From Paraphysomonas bandaiensis (taxonomy: Eukaryota; Protista; Chrysophyceae): a stretch of DNA of 64,000 nt. Position numbers and translations under genes: made by a program. Location of the stretch: positions 62,001 to 126,000 of the forward strand of contig CBFFRP010000115.1 in the NCBI GenBank assembly GCA_965644295.1, given 5' to 3'. Numbering within the stretch: the stretch's first letter is position 1; the number at the start of each line of letters is the position of its first letter. Positions 1-12,471 of this stretch are shown here, in pieces. Under the pieces are notes generated by a model. It saw nothing but the letters and a program-made list of their open reading frames with translations. It did not search any database and was not told where the DNA came from.

Positions 1-235
1 TCATTTTACAGATGAAGTGGATGATGATATGAAAGTTTTGCCTGAGGCCTGATAAAGGTAGGAGAAACAATACTGCTCTGAACACGTCACGTGTATTCAA
101 GTATGTTCCTAATTATAGTTAAGAAGCGGCTCTTAACATCTGTATGACTAGATGGCAACATAGATTGTTATGCTTCAATACAATGCCCACATCTATTAAC
201 AGGACACTGTCTGGGAGAAAGTAAGTATAAATCTC

Positions 236-1276
236 GGGAAATATTATTCAACCTAGTCTAATTGGTTGAATTACCTAGTTACACTATTTTTTATTGAATA
301 ATCTAGTCAGTGTAATAAATGATTCAACCTAGTCATTTTTAGTTATAAACCTAATCATAAAATGTACTCACATATAACTACGCATTTTACAGAACGATGA
401 AGTCACACAGCAGGTAAAAAGTTAAACCAACGCAGCATAGATTAGGTCAAAGCAGAGTTAGAGTATAGAGAAAGATATATTTCATAGTAGCATAGACAGG
501 ACTCCACCGCTCAAGTAGCAAAAACAGGAATAATCTCTTTTTCGTTCTCTGAACAGAATATCCATATATTCTTCAAGTTGAACCAAACGTCATGAAATCT
601 TGCCGTTTGGGGGGTTATCAGTGTCACTTATACTTATATCTATTACAATGCGCAGGTATGACAACAACATGCCGCGACCTCACACACAAAACAACATACT
701 CAAATGGTTGGTTACAAAACCAAAACGCATCTTGAAAGGATTAGCAATTCGTTTGATATATCGTAGCTGAATGATTCTGCCTGTCCAAGATACTTGCTTC
801 CCACAATAGGAAATATTACTGGCTCGGATATCATCTAAACACACATCCCAACATCAATAAGGAGTAAGGAGAAGTATACAAGCATACAATATTATAAGTA
901 ACTTGAAGGATTTTAGCTTATATCATGTTATAGTTATAGTGTATAATACTCATGGAGTCCCCCAGTCAGTTGTCAGAGTCTGCGGAAGAAGAAGGGTCGA
1001 TCAACGAGGTCGTTGACAGAACTCCAGATACATCGTCAGATCTTCCAAGTTCCTTATTGAAAAACGACCATTTTTATGCTCCCATAATTGAGTGGAAATT
1101 ATTATTTTTCGACTAGGTAAATACCCTAAACACCTATTCAACCTAGTCATTGTAAACTGGAAATATGAATTATTAAATGACTAGGTTTTTCACCTACTTG
1201 ACTAGAGGATTTTACACAAATTTTGGTGTGACTAGAGGTAGTTCAACCATTCTGACTACGTTGAATAATATTTTCC
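236..1276. mobile_element. Non-autonomous Mutator-like (MULE) TIR element
   Basis: Left end GGGAAATATTATTCAACCTAGTC..GGTTGAATTACC matches the reverse complement of the right end (GGAAAATATTATTCAACGTAGTC..GGTTGAACTACC). Flanks are a 9-bp near-duplication: ATAAATCTC (227-235) / ATAAGTCTC (1277-1285). Subterminal AACCTAGTC/GACTAGG repeats; no ORF. G-starting TIRs with a 9-bp TSD are typical of MULEs. Confidence 0.75.
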
Positions 1277-2425
1277 ATAAGTCTCACACTCATATCAGTA
1301 ATACCTTCAAATCAGTGGGGGAACTTATTCTGATCACCTCAGCAATATAAGTATCCTCATGCACACTATCCCCATATAAAAACCAATGACATTACCCTGA
1401 AAGTCCTCTGGTGTTATATGACAGTCACACACAGAATATAAATAATATATAAGTAATTAATAAAGGTATTAGAGTGAGAAAGGAAGAGTAATGAAGCTAT
1501 ACGGAGAGCCTATATATGGCTCAAGAAGAATATCTAAGCGGCACAAGCGCTCGTTTGACCTTCCTACTTTCTGTGTGTCAGTCATAACCATGGAGTCCAT
1601 TATAATATCACTGTCTTCGAATTAGACCAACTCTCCTTTGTGGTTTTCACTTAACCATAACTTTAACAAAGCTACATATATCAACAACCAGTAGCATGTG
1701 CCATGAACTCGCTATGAGTTTATGAATAGATATAGTGATATAATTGCCGATTAATGAATTTAAAGTGACATATTTTCAATGTGTTTGTGTTTTATACCCA
1801 CATGCGGGTAGTTCTGCAGTGGTACTGCCTCTATCATTCACATAAAAATATCGGGATTCTTAAGGCTTCATAGAAAGTTGTGATATCAATGTATCCCATT
1901 CACAGGGTGATACGCGCCTATGACATTACTTTTGTTGTATTTTGTGTTGTGTTGTGTTGTGTAATAGGTTAGTCAGCTGCACACGTGCTTCTTCACTGCG
2001 CGGTTACAGATTTTGCTGCTGAAGGTGTGCACCTACGAGTAGTGGTGTATATCCAGCCTGAGAGATCAGAGATATTGGATACCGGATTCTACCATTGTGG
2101 ATATTCAGTTCCTGCTCCTCCGTCCAAGCGATTTTCTGATTTCAACAAACCCGACTTTTATTACAAAATGGGATTTTTTTGCACTATACGGCAAAATACA
2201 GAACAACAAGTTCAACTAGCCAACCAATATATTACACGAAGAGAATATCCATTCGATATTATCCCCTTGAGAAGCTCTAGATTTTCTAGAGTGTCCTCTC
2301 AGCCAATGAAATCATATGTTGGATGTTCTGCGAAATATTGAACATATCAATCAAAATTTGTTGTATTGCGCCCTCAAAGTGCCTAGAATTCATGAGACCG
2401 CCCTGTAGCATAAATCACGATCGTC

Positions 2426-3205
2426 ATGGACCCTCTACCGCCATCTAGCAGAGCGATGCGACAGGAATCTTTTCTTGAGGATGGGTGTGAACTCAATATT
2501 CATGCCCGTGAGTTTGTTCCTGCCTTTAGCTCACTAAGGTCTGCATCAGTATCTTCATCAAACTCCATCACTTCCACATCTCCACGGTCTTCTTCTGGGT
2601 CATTTAGTTCGTCTCCACCATCTCGAGGGAGTTCTTTTCATTCATCACCACCAACAGCTCCACTTTCACCGACGTCACATCAGCGTTACGTTGGTTTGGA
2701 AACTGCCCATCCTGCAACCGCCAGAGCAGCTCCAAAGCCGCATATGCATATGAGCGCGTACCGTCCAGCACCAGAGCCGCTTAGAGTGCAGCATGTACCT
2801 GAACATGCTGCTTATATGCCCGTCTCACGGGCGACTCTTCCAGTACAACCTGTGTATCAGGAACCCCATCAGATTTATGCTAAGCACCCTCGAACCTATC
2901 CTTTGGAGAGTGATGTTGGCCATCGCAAATATTACTCCCATATTCCGGTCAATAATTCGAATTATGCCCGGCAGGCTCCTGTAATTGATTCTCGTGAGCA
3001 TCAATATCCTAATCCGAGTAATGGTTCGACCTTACCTGTCAGCCATGTCTTAGGTCAAGCCCGACCCGCTGACCCAGCCGATTTTATCCGCAGGCATTAC
3101 GCCAAAATGAGTGCCCCGATTGAGTCCCGGTCCCACCAGCATCCCCCGCAACAGTATGCTCCGCAGGGTCATGCGGGATCTCGACAACAGCAGTGGGTCT
3201 ACTAG
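2426..3205 (+). CDS. Ser/Pro-rich low-complexity protein with N-terminal PAM2 (PABP-interacting) motif
   Basis: Single 259-aa ORF. ELNIHAREFVP fits the PAM2 consensus LNxxAxEFxP; the rest is S/P/Q/H-rich and probably disordered. Confidence 0.7.
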   Translation: MDPLPPSSRAMRQESFLEDGCELNIHAREFVPAFSSLRSASVSSSNSITSTSPRSSSGSFSSSPPSRGSSFHSSPPTAPLSPTSHQRYVGLETAHPATARAAPKPHMHMSAYRPAPEPLRVQHVPEHAAYMPVSRATLPVQPVYQEPHQIYAKHPRTYPLESDVGHRKYYSHIPVNNSNYARQAPVIDSREHQYPNPSNGSTLPVSHVLGQARPADPADFIRRHYAKMSAPIESRSHQHPPQQYAPQGHAGSRQQQWVY

Positions 3206-5074
3206 TGCGTTAAATACGATGATCGCTTATCAGGCATCTCAGTGTCTATATGCATCTACATACACATGTGCTCATACAACTCCGATGCACATGTATACGT
3301 GTTGCTCTGTAGTGCGTTCTATTGACATACAGTCTATGTAAAGTAGTGGGGAGTGTGCATCTCAGTGTCTGCTTAGATTCTTGACTCTACTACAGTACAC
3401 GTTGTTTTATTTTTATCGATGAATTACAGTATACAAAACCTTCCGCATGAACCGTAACATGTAGGTGTTAATATTTGTATCCAGTAGTAGCAGCATGTTT
3501 ACCATGAGTGCGAGTTATTCTATCACTTGTTGTGTAGTTAATCATTATTTTGTATTGCGTAGAAGAAGATTACCTCAAAGTAGTGCTTCAATTATTAATC
3601 TATGCAGTGAAACATTTATAACAATATTAATATTTTGTTACAAAGATGCCTGCAAGATTTGGCTTTTAACAAATTCTGCTACACTCTGTTTTCACATGGC
3701 GTTCTGAGAATTCCAGCGGTTTAATTAAGCGCATAGTTCTGTACGTAATATTTTAATTGTCTTCTTCATCCTAGTTCTGCTTTCAACTGATATGGAGCAT
3801 ATGCCGCACCACGTAGTCATTTTCCTCGGCCGTAGGTAACGAAACATCTAATGTCGGAGAAGAGTTCAAGTTCGATGACTAGTAAATGGTAAATGGGTTT
3901 CGTGTAGTGTTTATAGTTTATAGTGGTGCTATGGAATATACAATTTACCCTACTATGTTTTATATTTTTTGGCATTGGTTATGTGTAGAAGCTAAATCAA
4001 TCAGTACAACACAATAGAAACGAATGTTTAAATACAAGTGCACGAGACATGTTGTTGCCTATACTCCCAATGCATGCATAATACATACGCCTGTTCAGCG
4101 CACCTAAACTTCGAATCTTAGTTTTGCGCAAAGTCATGCTAAGTGACATACATGGACGGAGGCATGCACATATTTCAATTAAGCTTAAAAGAACGCGGTG
4201 ATTATTATGATGCTAACGACTTCTAGAAAGAGTTCAAAACACTTGTGATTAGCTAAACTGTATATAATCTTTGTTTCGCTGAAGCAGATCGTTGTGACTA
4301 GAACTAAAAATGGAATATAGGCATGTATTTATATATTGATTCGTGAAAATCCTGCACTGCAAAAGTATTGTTGGACCTGTTCGAAACGTATTGCAATATT
4401 TTGACGGGGCATTAGATTTCAACACTATTGGCAATAGATTATTCCCTAATCTAGTTTGGAATACTGTTGTATTGTCCTCTCCAGTATTTTGAGAATATAT
4501 ACACGAGGATGCGTACGTAAGCGCTCCTATTCGTAAACAGTAACTTCCAAACCAACGAGCCCGTTTAAGGATTCTTTTTATTCAGGCTTTTTGAGTTCCA
4601 GATAGTAAGAAATCTACACATAATGTTATGCATAATTCTTAATATGCACAGAAATTAAAATACTTTAAATAAGTAAAATTCAACCGTTAGACGGAATTAT
4701 GTTGCACAGTATTACTGCTTAGGGTGCACTAATCTGCAAGATGTATTACCCTATTGTGAGTACGATGAATTTCATTGTTCAAGATTCTCTATCGTCTATG
4801 AAGTGTCTGGATATTAGCTATATATATCTTAGGATAACAAGATATCGCTTCTGATCATACACCAGTACACACAGTTATTCAACAAACTGAATAAATAATT
4901 TTCCATTATACACCTCTTCAAGATTCTAGGATACGTTAAACAAAAAAAAAGAGGGAATTTTGGTATGCAGCCAGTGTGGTGCGGAGGATCTGATACACTC
5001 TGTCGCTTTGACAGTGAAGATAAGATCAGATATCGTATCACCCCATATATATTTATAAACAACTATACCTAGCG

Positions 5075-8000
5075 ATGGACCCTGCTTTTGCGAATGCCGG
5101 AAAATCACCTGGGTTGGAGAAGTGGAGGATTGAGAATAAGGCCCCTGTGAAATTCTCTGTTGCGGATGGGAAGTTGCACACTGGCGATTCGTATATCTTT
5201 CTGCATACAATTCAATCCAAGAGGTAAGACATCGCTGTAAGTGATGTGTCGCTGCTAATTGGATATATCGATATAGTGGGTCGTATACTCACAACATTCA
5301 TTTTTGGCTTGGAGAAGAAACATCTCAGGACGAGGCTGGTATTGCTGCTTACAAAACAGTCGAGCTGGATGAAGGACTAGGAGGCGGCCCGGTGCAATAC
5401 AGAGAGGTTCAGGGCAACGAGTCAAACATGTTTTTGGCTCTTTTCAAACATGAAGGTGGGATAGAGTACCTGCCTGGTGGCGTGGAATCTGGATTCCGAC
5501 ATGTTGACAGAGATTCCTATGAAACGAGACTCCTGATGGTATTATTTGGATTTATGTATGGCATATTATAATATATAGTGCAGGTCAAAGGCAAGCGCAC
5601 GGTTCGTGTTCGTGAGGTTCCTCTCTCTAATGCGTCCCTGAATACTGGCGACGTGTTTATTCTCGACGCTGGCCTCAAAGTGTATATCTACAACGGTGCC
5701 ACTGCCAATCGCTACGAGAAGGCTAAGGGGATCGAAGTGGCCAACAAAATTCGCAACGAGGAAAGAGGTGGAAAAGCTGAAATTGTTCTTCTTGATGAAG
5801 ACCCCACTTGTGAGGGGTTCTGGGGCCCACTGGGAGGATACATTGATGTCACCAACCCTGGAGATTGCGACACTGTTGCCGACCACAAGGCGGTGAGTAG
5901 TTCACATCACAACCATAGAATTTTTACACGGGTTGCATATCACATTGACATATTGTCTATTGTGCCGTATATTTCAGCTAATATTTTAAATGGATTTTGC
6001 ATTCGTTTGCCTAAAACTCTTCGACAGGCTCGCCTTTTCAGAGTTTCAGACGCCAGCGGATCTGTCGAGTTTACTCCAGTGGATCTTCCCGGTGGGAAGT
6101 TAACCAAATCACTGCTGAATAGCGACGATGTGTTCATTGTTGACACGGGCAATAAACTGTACGTGTGGGTCGGCAAGGGGGCTTCCAAAGAGGAGAGAAA
6201 GGAGTCCATGCTAAGAGCCATGTCTTACATATCAGAGGTGGGGTAGTAAGATAAGCTGCAGACTGTGCACCACTCACTAATATCCATTTGTGCTCCAATT
6301 TACTTCTGTTTACTCAGAACGGGTATGCGAACAATACACCTATTGAGAGGGTGGCTGACGGTGGAGAGACACCAACGTTCAAGGCAGAATTTCAAATGTG
6401 GGACCCTCCAAAACCGCTGTCATTTTCTCCCAGGGCTTCCACTGGTGTAGCCAGCACCAAGGAAGATGAAAAGGTAGGTTTTGCTTTTATTAGATATCTA
6501 ACTCAGTCTTCGACTTTGGGGTATATCTTGTGATGAATTTCGTACAGATTGACATCAACGAGCTGCTGCGAACTAAGCCCGTTGAGGAGCAAGTTATTGA
6601 CGATGGCTCTGGGAAACTTGACATCTGGCGTGTCGAAAATTTTGAGAAAGTTCCTGTTCCAGTTGAGCAATATGGTCAGTTTTACGGCGGGGATAGCTAC
6701 GTGTGCTTGTACACCTACATGAAAGGGGGCTCTGAAGAGTATGTCATTTACTTTTGGCAGGTGGAACTCACATCATTATATCTGTTACATGGTCGATTAT
6801 CTTGTATCCAACACCGCACCCTATTCATATCTAGCTTACCACGTCACCCCCTTCCATGGGGTGGTCGAGATCGTGGGTGCGTACAATGAAACCCCCCATT
6901 CGCACTGGGGTCTGTAGGTCATCCTTGTGTGGTGATGCTTATGTAGCATGCCACCTGACCGATAGAGAACATCCCTTATTGTTTCATCATGCAGGCATGT
7001 CCAACTCAATGCAAGGTTAACTACAATGCTTGTTTGTAGGGTGATGAGTCGAGCCAGGACGAGAAAGGCGCTTCTGCTTTACTAGCAAAGGAGCTGGACG
7101 ATTCTCTTGGGGATAGACCGATGCAAGTGCGCGTCACTCAGGGCAAAGAGCCGGCCCATTTCCGACAACTCTTTCAGGGTACGATGATCATACACAAAGG
7201 CGGCAAGGCATCGGGCTTCAAGAACCGGAACGAAGAGGACTCCATCGATACTGATGGAGTTGCACTCTTTCATGTTCGTGGGACACGGCCCATGAATACC
7301 TGCGGTATCCAAGTTGAGGAGAAGACAGCTAACTTGAACTCTGCAGATTGTTTTGTGCTCGTGACTCCGACGCACGCGTTTTCCTGGAAAGGAAGAGGCT
7401 GCACTGAGGATGAGCATACAGTGGCCACTAACATTGCCAGTATTCTCGCGAACTCCTATTTAGGTGTGGTTGCTGAACGTTTGTCGACAGTGTTTTTTTG
7501 TATTTTTTGTTGCACGTATTGATGCTGATCAGTTTGTGTGTGTATTTGAATGGATTATTGCGATTGTCTATGACTGGAATGGGTGTTCAGGGAAGATGGG
7601 CCGAGAACTGGTTCAGGTAAATGAAGGAAGCGAGCCTGAGGAATTCTGGGCGCCACTTGGTGGGCCTGGTGAGTACGCCTCTATGCGCGAAGGCGAGCCC
7701 ATCCCTAAGGACCCCAGACTCTTCCAATGTTCAAACGCAACGGGATCATTCAAGGTAAGGTCTCTCTGTGCATTGCTGTATACAGTACGGGTGTAGTTTT
7801 CGAATTTTGGGCGAGTTTTTGTGTGAGGTTCTTATGCAAGTTAATGTAGGTCGAAGAGATCGACTGCTTTGAGCAGGAAGACCTTATCGATGAAGACGTT
7901 ATGATCCTTGACTGCTTCACTAGTATATTTGTGTGGGTCGGTTCTCGTGCTCATCCTGAGGAGAAGACAAAGGCTATGGAGTTTGCTCAGCAGTTTGCTT

Positions 8001-8702
8001 CTCAAGCTAATGATGGAAGAGATCCCGACATTCCCATTATGAGAGTTGCTGCTGGGTCGGAACCGCCGATGTTTACTTCACAATTCGTTGGGTGGGACCC
8101 AGACTTTGCGAAGAAGAATATGTTCGTGGACCCCTATCAGGTATATATATCCAGGGAGGGTGAACCCAACACCGCACCCTATTCATATCTAGCTTACCAC
8201 GTCACCCCCTTCCATGGGGTGGTCGAGATCATGGGTGCGTACAATGAAACCCCCCATTCGCACTGGGGTCTGTAGGTCATCCTTGTGTGGTGATGCTTAT
8301 GTAGCATGCCACCTGACCGATAGAGAACATTTGTCGTGTTATACCTTGTCTTGAAGTTGTGTAAGCACGCATGTATATAATGGTGTTTACATCCAGGCTA
8401 AGCTGGATGCACTGGCAAAAGAGAAGGCTGCCAAGGAAGCTGCAGAGGCCGCAGAGGAATCGAAAAATGCTTCTGTTCCTGTACCTGAGCCTGTTTCTGC
8501 TCCTGTCCCTGCCGCTGTGGATGGCACCTACACGAGGGAGCAACTCGCTGCTGGACCTATCACTGGAGTAGATAGCACCCGCAAACAAGACTACTTGAGC
8601 GACGCGGAGTTCGAGTCTGTTTTCAAAATGAGTAAAAGTGAATTCTACGAGCTACCAAAATGGAAGCAGCAGGCGAAGAAGAAGGATGTTGGTTTATTTT
8701 AG
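5075..8702 (+). CDS. VIL: Villin (six gelsolin repeats + C-terminal headpiece), 10 exons
   Basis: Inferred GT-AG exons: 5075-5223, 5277-5538, 5584-5892, 6028-6237, 6318-6473, 6548-6760, 7040-7463, 7591-7754, 7850-8140, 8397-8702. Motifs GLEKWRIE, HFWLGEETSQDEAGIAAYKTVELDEGLGGGPVQYREVQG, LNTGDVFILD, IWRVENF, YGQFYGGDSY, QVRVTQGKEPAHF; headpiece YLSDAEFESVFKMSKSEFYELPKWKQQAKKKDVGLF. Confidence 0.95.
6808..6972 (+). ncRNA. Intronic structured element copy 1 (candidate snoRNA/scaRNA-like RNA, or short TE)
   Basis: 165 nt in villin intron 6 (6761-7039), 164/165 identical to 8166-8330. Three predicted hairpins; the shared sequence ends at ACA-T. Confidence 0.45.
8166..8330 (+). ncRNA. Intronic structured element copy 2
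   Basis: In villin intron 9 (8141-8396). Differs from copy 1 by one G/A change that is compatible with the first stem (U-G vs U-A). Ends ACA-TTT. Confidence 0.45.
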
Positions 8703-8989
8703 ACATATGTCCACTTGATAAAGAGTTTAGGCAGTGACGGTTGAATGGAGTCAGTGTTTTTATGGCTGCCAACTTCCATGATTAACATCATTCTAGTATT
8801 ATTGCTCCAAAGACAGTTTTATTGCCTTGGCTCACTGTTGTGACAGGTTTAATTAATTTAAGTCGTTATAATTGTCAAAATAAACATTGCTATTTTTGAA
8901 GTAACACTGCGTAACAGTAATTGTCAACAATTGAAATTTCTGCACATATATTGATTATTGATAAACGGTACAAACTACAAGCAGCTAGT

Positions 8990-10270
8990 TAAATGCTCAA
9001 ACTTACTATAGGACCATTAACATGAATGTATTCGAATGTGCTCGTTTAGAACTGAGAGATTGATAAATACGTTTCGTCGGGATGCTGGAAAAGTTTTATT
9101 GACAACGTCTACCAGAAAGCAGATCTAAATCACTCGTAACTGTAAATGGTTAACCCGGGAAGGAAAAGAATCAAATGAAAATATCGTGTTCAATGAGGAT
9201 GAATTAGATAACCCTAACCCTAATTTTTTTACATTTAGAGCTGCTACTTTTATTTTTACGCATAAATCTTTGGCAGTAGAATAAATGACAGTTGAGAAAG
9301 GTAACGTAGAGCTAAAGAAAACGCAGTAAGCACGCAGAATGTTGATATATCTGCTCATATAATATGCTGATTTCAGAATTTTTGAGTTCTTAAGGTGAAC
9401 AGCCTGGATGTTTGACTTCAGCAGAGGCAGCCCAATACCCCGGTTACCTTCCCCGTCCGGGATGCATTCGAGGTGGGTCCATTACCGAATGTCTGTTTAT
9501 TTGGCAGGGCCCAAAGACGTCTACAAAAGTGACACTTATAGCACACACAAGATTGGCAAGGTCGTACCTCGGTTGGCTGCGCTTCTTACAAGCTGAATAT
9601 ATATCTATAGTAGCAACGACTTTGATTGAAATCGTTACCAAGTACTTGTCAACCAAATGTCAACTCTCTCAACAAAGCTATGAGAACACTGAATAACAGC
9701 AGTAAACCGTTGAGGAAAAGGGGAGTATTTTTCTGCTATATAGTGAATTGTTGCTATATGCCTATATGGAGATTGAAGCTGTCGGACTGCAACTTGGATG
9801 ATGAAGTTTTGCTGATGATCCCTTCGAGAGCTGAGAATTTACAAATTTTGCAGCTGCGATAAGAATTGAAGGAATTTAACTGCGTGTCTATGCCGCTATA
9901 ATATGAAAAAGGTGAACAGTTCGCCATCACTTTGATCTGCGCAATGAATGATTCCCTGTCACAGCTTCTCATCTCCCCGTAGATGATCAACGCCCTAACT
10001 TCGGCCATAGAGTGGTTACGAGGAATCTCTGACTCGCCAAGAGATAGCAGCGGTTGAGAGATTTTTGAAAGGGTACAGAAGAAGCTAGGATCACTGGATA
10101 GCTGAATCACTGGAAATGGCAAATGTAAGTAAAACTTTAGAAAGCCACAGATCCAGCAAGAAGTTACGACGAAAGCTGGAAGTGGCTGTGATGCCCAAAC
10201 CTAGTAAAGTGATTTTACCAGGTTTTGTTGGTGAATAGTAGATACAAAAAGTAACAATAATGTTCTGTTA
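8990..10270 (+). pseudogene. Degenerate F-box/LRR (AMN1-like) gene, interrupted by a dispersed repeat
   Basis: Fragmented frames: ..NTFRR..CKWLTREG (cf. NTFQG..CVAWISNRG in the intact gene at 59369-60958) and RLKLSDCNLDDEVLLMIPSRAENLQILQL (LRR-like). Many stops; boundaries approximate. Confidence 0.4.
9318..9557 (-). repeat. Dispersed ~500-bp repeat family, internal fragment
   Basis: Reverse complement of the family core (GGTAACCGGGGTATTGGGCTGCC, GTGTCACTTTTGTAGACGTCTTTGGGCCC). Confidence 0.85.
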
Positions 10271-10606
10271 AAAACTTTACACGCAGTATCGATCGACTAA
10301 TCACGTATCAGTACAACTAACGTTGTTGTGGAGCGCTTGATCATCAAAGCAGTGACACACTTGCGACAGGGAATGACCCCACGACGCCTCGAACTGCTAC
10401 TTGTTATCGAGCCCTAATCGCATGTGTCACATATACGGCGTTGCAAGCAATTCTCAAGCAATGATGCCTGTTGCATGATAACAGTTTAAATTACCGACCA
10501 ATTAATTGAATAACAACAAATTTATATGCAGCCTTGCACATTAGTAAGCACCACAATTGTACACTACTTTTAGAATAATGCAGTAAAGTTATCTAGTTGT
10601 AGGAAA

Positions 10607-11096
10607 CCCTCAACAAACAGTTTTTCGTGGTGTTCTGGGGATAAGTGCCGGAGATATTTCTCCGGAAAACTAACGTGAGCCACATATATAGTGAGCAGAG
10701 ATTGTTCTGCCCACTCGTATAGCCAATATTAATATGATACTTGGGTAGATGTCTTTAGGCTTTGAATAGAAAAACAGGCATCCGGGAATGAGCTCATCTG
10801 AAGAGGGAACTGGGGAATTGGGCTGCGTACTACTGAAGTCAAGTATCCGGGTTGTTCACTTCAAGAACTCAAATATCCTGAAGCTAGTAGATGCCAGGTA
10901 TATCAAGATTCTGCTTGCTCACTGCGTTTGCTTTGAGTGATAGAGCAAAAGTGGTTGCACCGTGGTGCATGCGGTGACGCACAAGCAGCTTTCGTAGCGC
11001 TAATTAGTAGGGTATGGAGTTAAGCACTAGCTAATTAAATTGTTTTGCTACAATAGTTCTGACTCTTACACGCCTATAGCTAATAAGCAGACATTT
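10607..11096 (+). repeat. Dispersed ~500-bp repeat family, near full-length copy
   Basis: Starts CCCTCAACAAA..TTTTCGTGGTGTTCTGGGGATAAG, contains GAGTGATAGAGCAAAAGTGGTTGCACC and the GCGGTGACGCACAAGC hairpin. The 3' ~180 bp are nearly identical to 18233-18415. Confidence 0.9.
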
Positions 11097-12471
11097 ACTA
11101 CTATTTGTAGGGAATGAAATTAGTAGAATTGTTGCGTTATAAGTTAAATATGGAATTATTTAGAATACTAACGTGTTCCTGAAGTACACTGTAGCTATGG
11201 CTCCTGCTCCGATGTTCAATGTATCAAAATACTAATTCTGCGCAATGCTCACAGTGTATGAATGCTAGAATTACAGTAAGTTATTCGATATTGTCTCCAC
11301 ACCTCAATTTGAATATTAGGCATCGAAAAGCCCACGTAGATGAACTCTTAATCGAAGAAAGCATTGTAGATGTCACACACTAATATGGGAAGAACGCCTG
11401 CTTGAGCTTTAATTGCTTCCCAGCTCTACAGTCGGCCTCAATAAAATCACGTTCGATTTGTGACGCTTCCCTTATTCTTCAGCTCTTCAGTCTCAGCTCG
11501 ATAAGAAGTAGACGCTCCTGCTTCACTTTCATGAGTTCCAGAAAATACCGTTGCTGTTTGAACTCACGGACATGTTTCGGCTCTCTCAATAATCCACAGT
11601 CCTGTGATTCGTCGAAACTATAGTCTTCTTTTTAGCCCTAGGGCCACTGCTTGACCTTGTGCCTAGGAGGGATCTTGATAGATTATAGTTCGATGCTATA
11701 CGTTTATCTGCATTATCTCTTCACCAGTAGAAGTAGGAGGAAAGTTACTGAGTGAGGAGGAAAGTCTTCCGGCCTGTGACGTCAAAGCCCGCCGCTACTG
11801 TAACGACACCTTGTGTTTGAGCATTGGACAGTTCCCAGTAGCCTCCTTTTCGAATATCTTTCCTTCTCAGTCTTTTTTTTCGCTACTTCTTAAATATATA
11901 TTGAGTACAATGCTCTCACGTCATGGACAGTTTTTTTTTAGGACAGAGAGGTTAGCTCCTTCCATTTCAACTGCATACTGTTACGGATATCAAGCGGGGT
12001 TCATCAGACTGGAAACAGAGATATAGACCACACGAGGCTTGCGGATACGAACATCCACATTATCCATGTAAACTTTCACTCTACTTAAAGTATAAGTTAC
12101 TGTAACATCAAGGTGAGAGTGGAGTGCTTTGCATCCTTGAATTAGCGGAGTTCCAATACGACTACGATTGGAATAGCTCTGCTGCTGTACATGTCCTCGT
12201 ATGGTATTCCTGTTGGAACACTTCGTAGATTGTTGAAATCTAGAAATCCCACAATTCAACTCGTACCCACAGTGGCAGTAGAGCGGTGCATTTCGAGTAT
12301 CCGCCCTGTGCACCTCCCAAAGTGATTTTTTTACGGGCACTAGGGTTCTCACAATGAAACCCCCATTATTTCCGAAAAACATATATTTTGTATGGAAACC
12401 ATACACTTTTTTACTTGGTGACATGACCATATGCTTCTTGTTCGTGGATACCATTGGATATCATCTACACT

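Noticed and set aside
6887-6962. Hammerhead-like pieces in the intronic element (GAAAC-CCCC..GGGG-UC and CUGACCGA); HDV-like GCGAAUGGG on the minus strand
   Set aside because: Stem I cannot form, the CUGANGA spacing is wrong, and no HDV P1/P3 pseudoknot can be drawn.
6761-8396. Introner-type origin of villin introns 6 and 9
   Set aside because: The shared sequence is internal; the splice-site-proximal parts of the two introns are unrelated.
11340-12454. Minus-strand ORF remnants, including an in-frame TGA (selenoprotein or recoding?)
   Set aside because: Multiple stops of different types and no recognisable domain or SECIS; at most an unidentifiable pseudogene.
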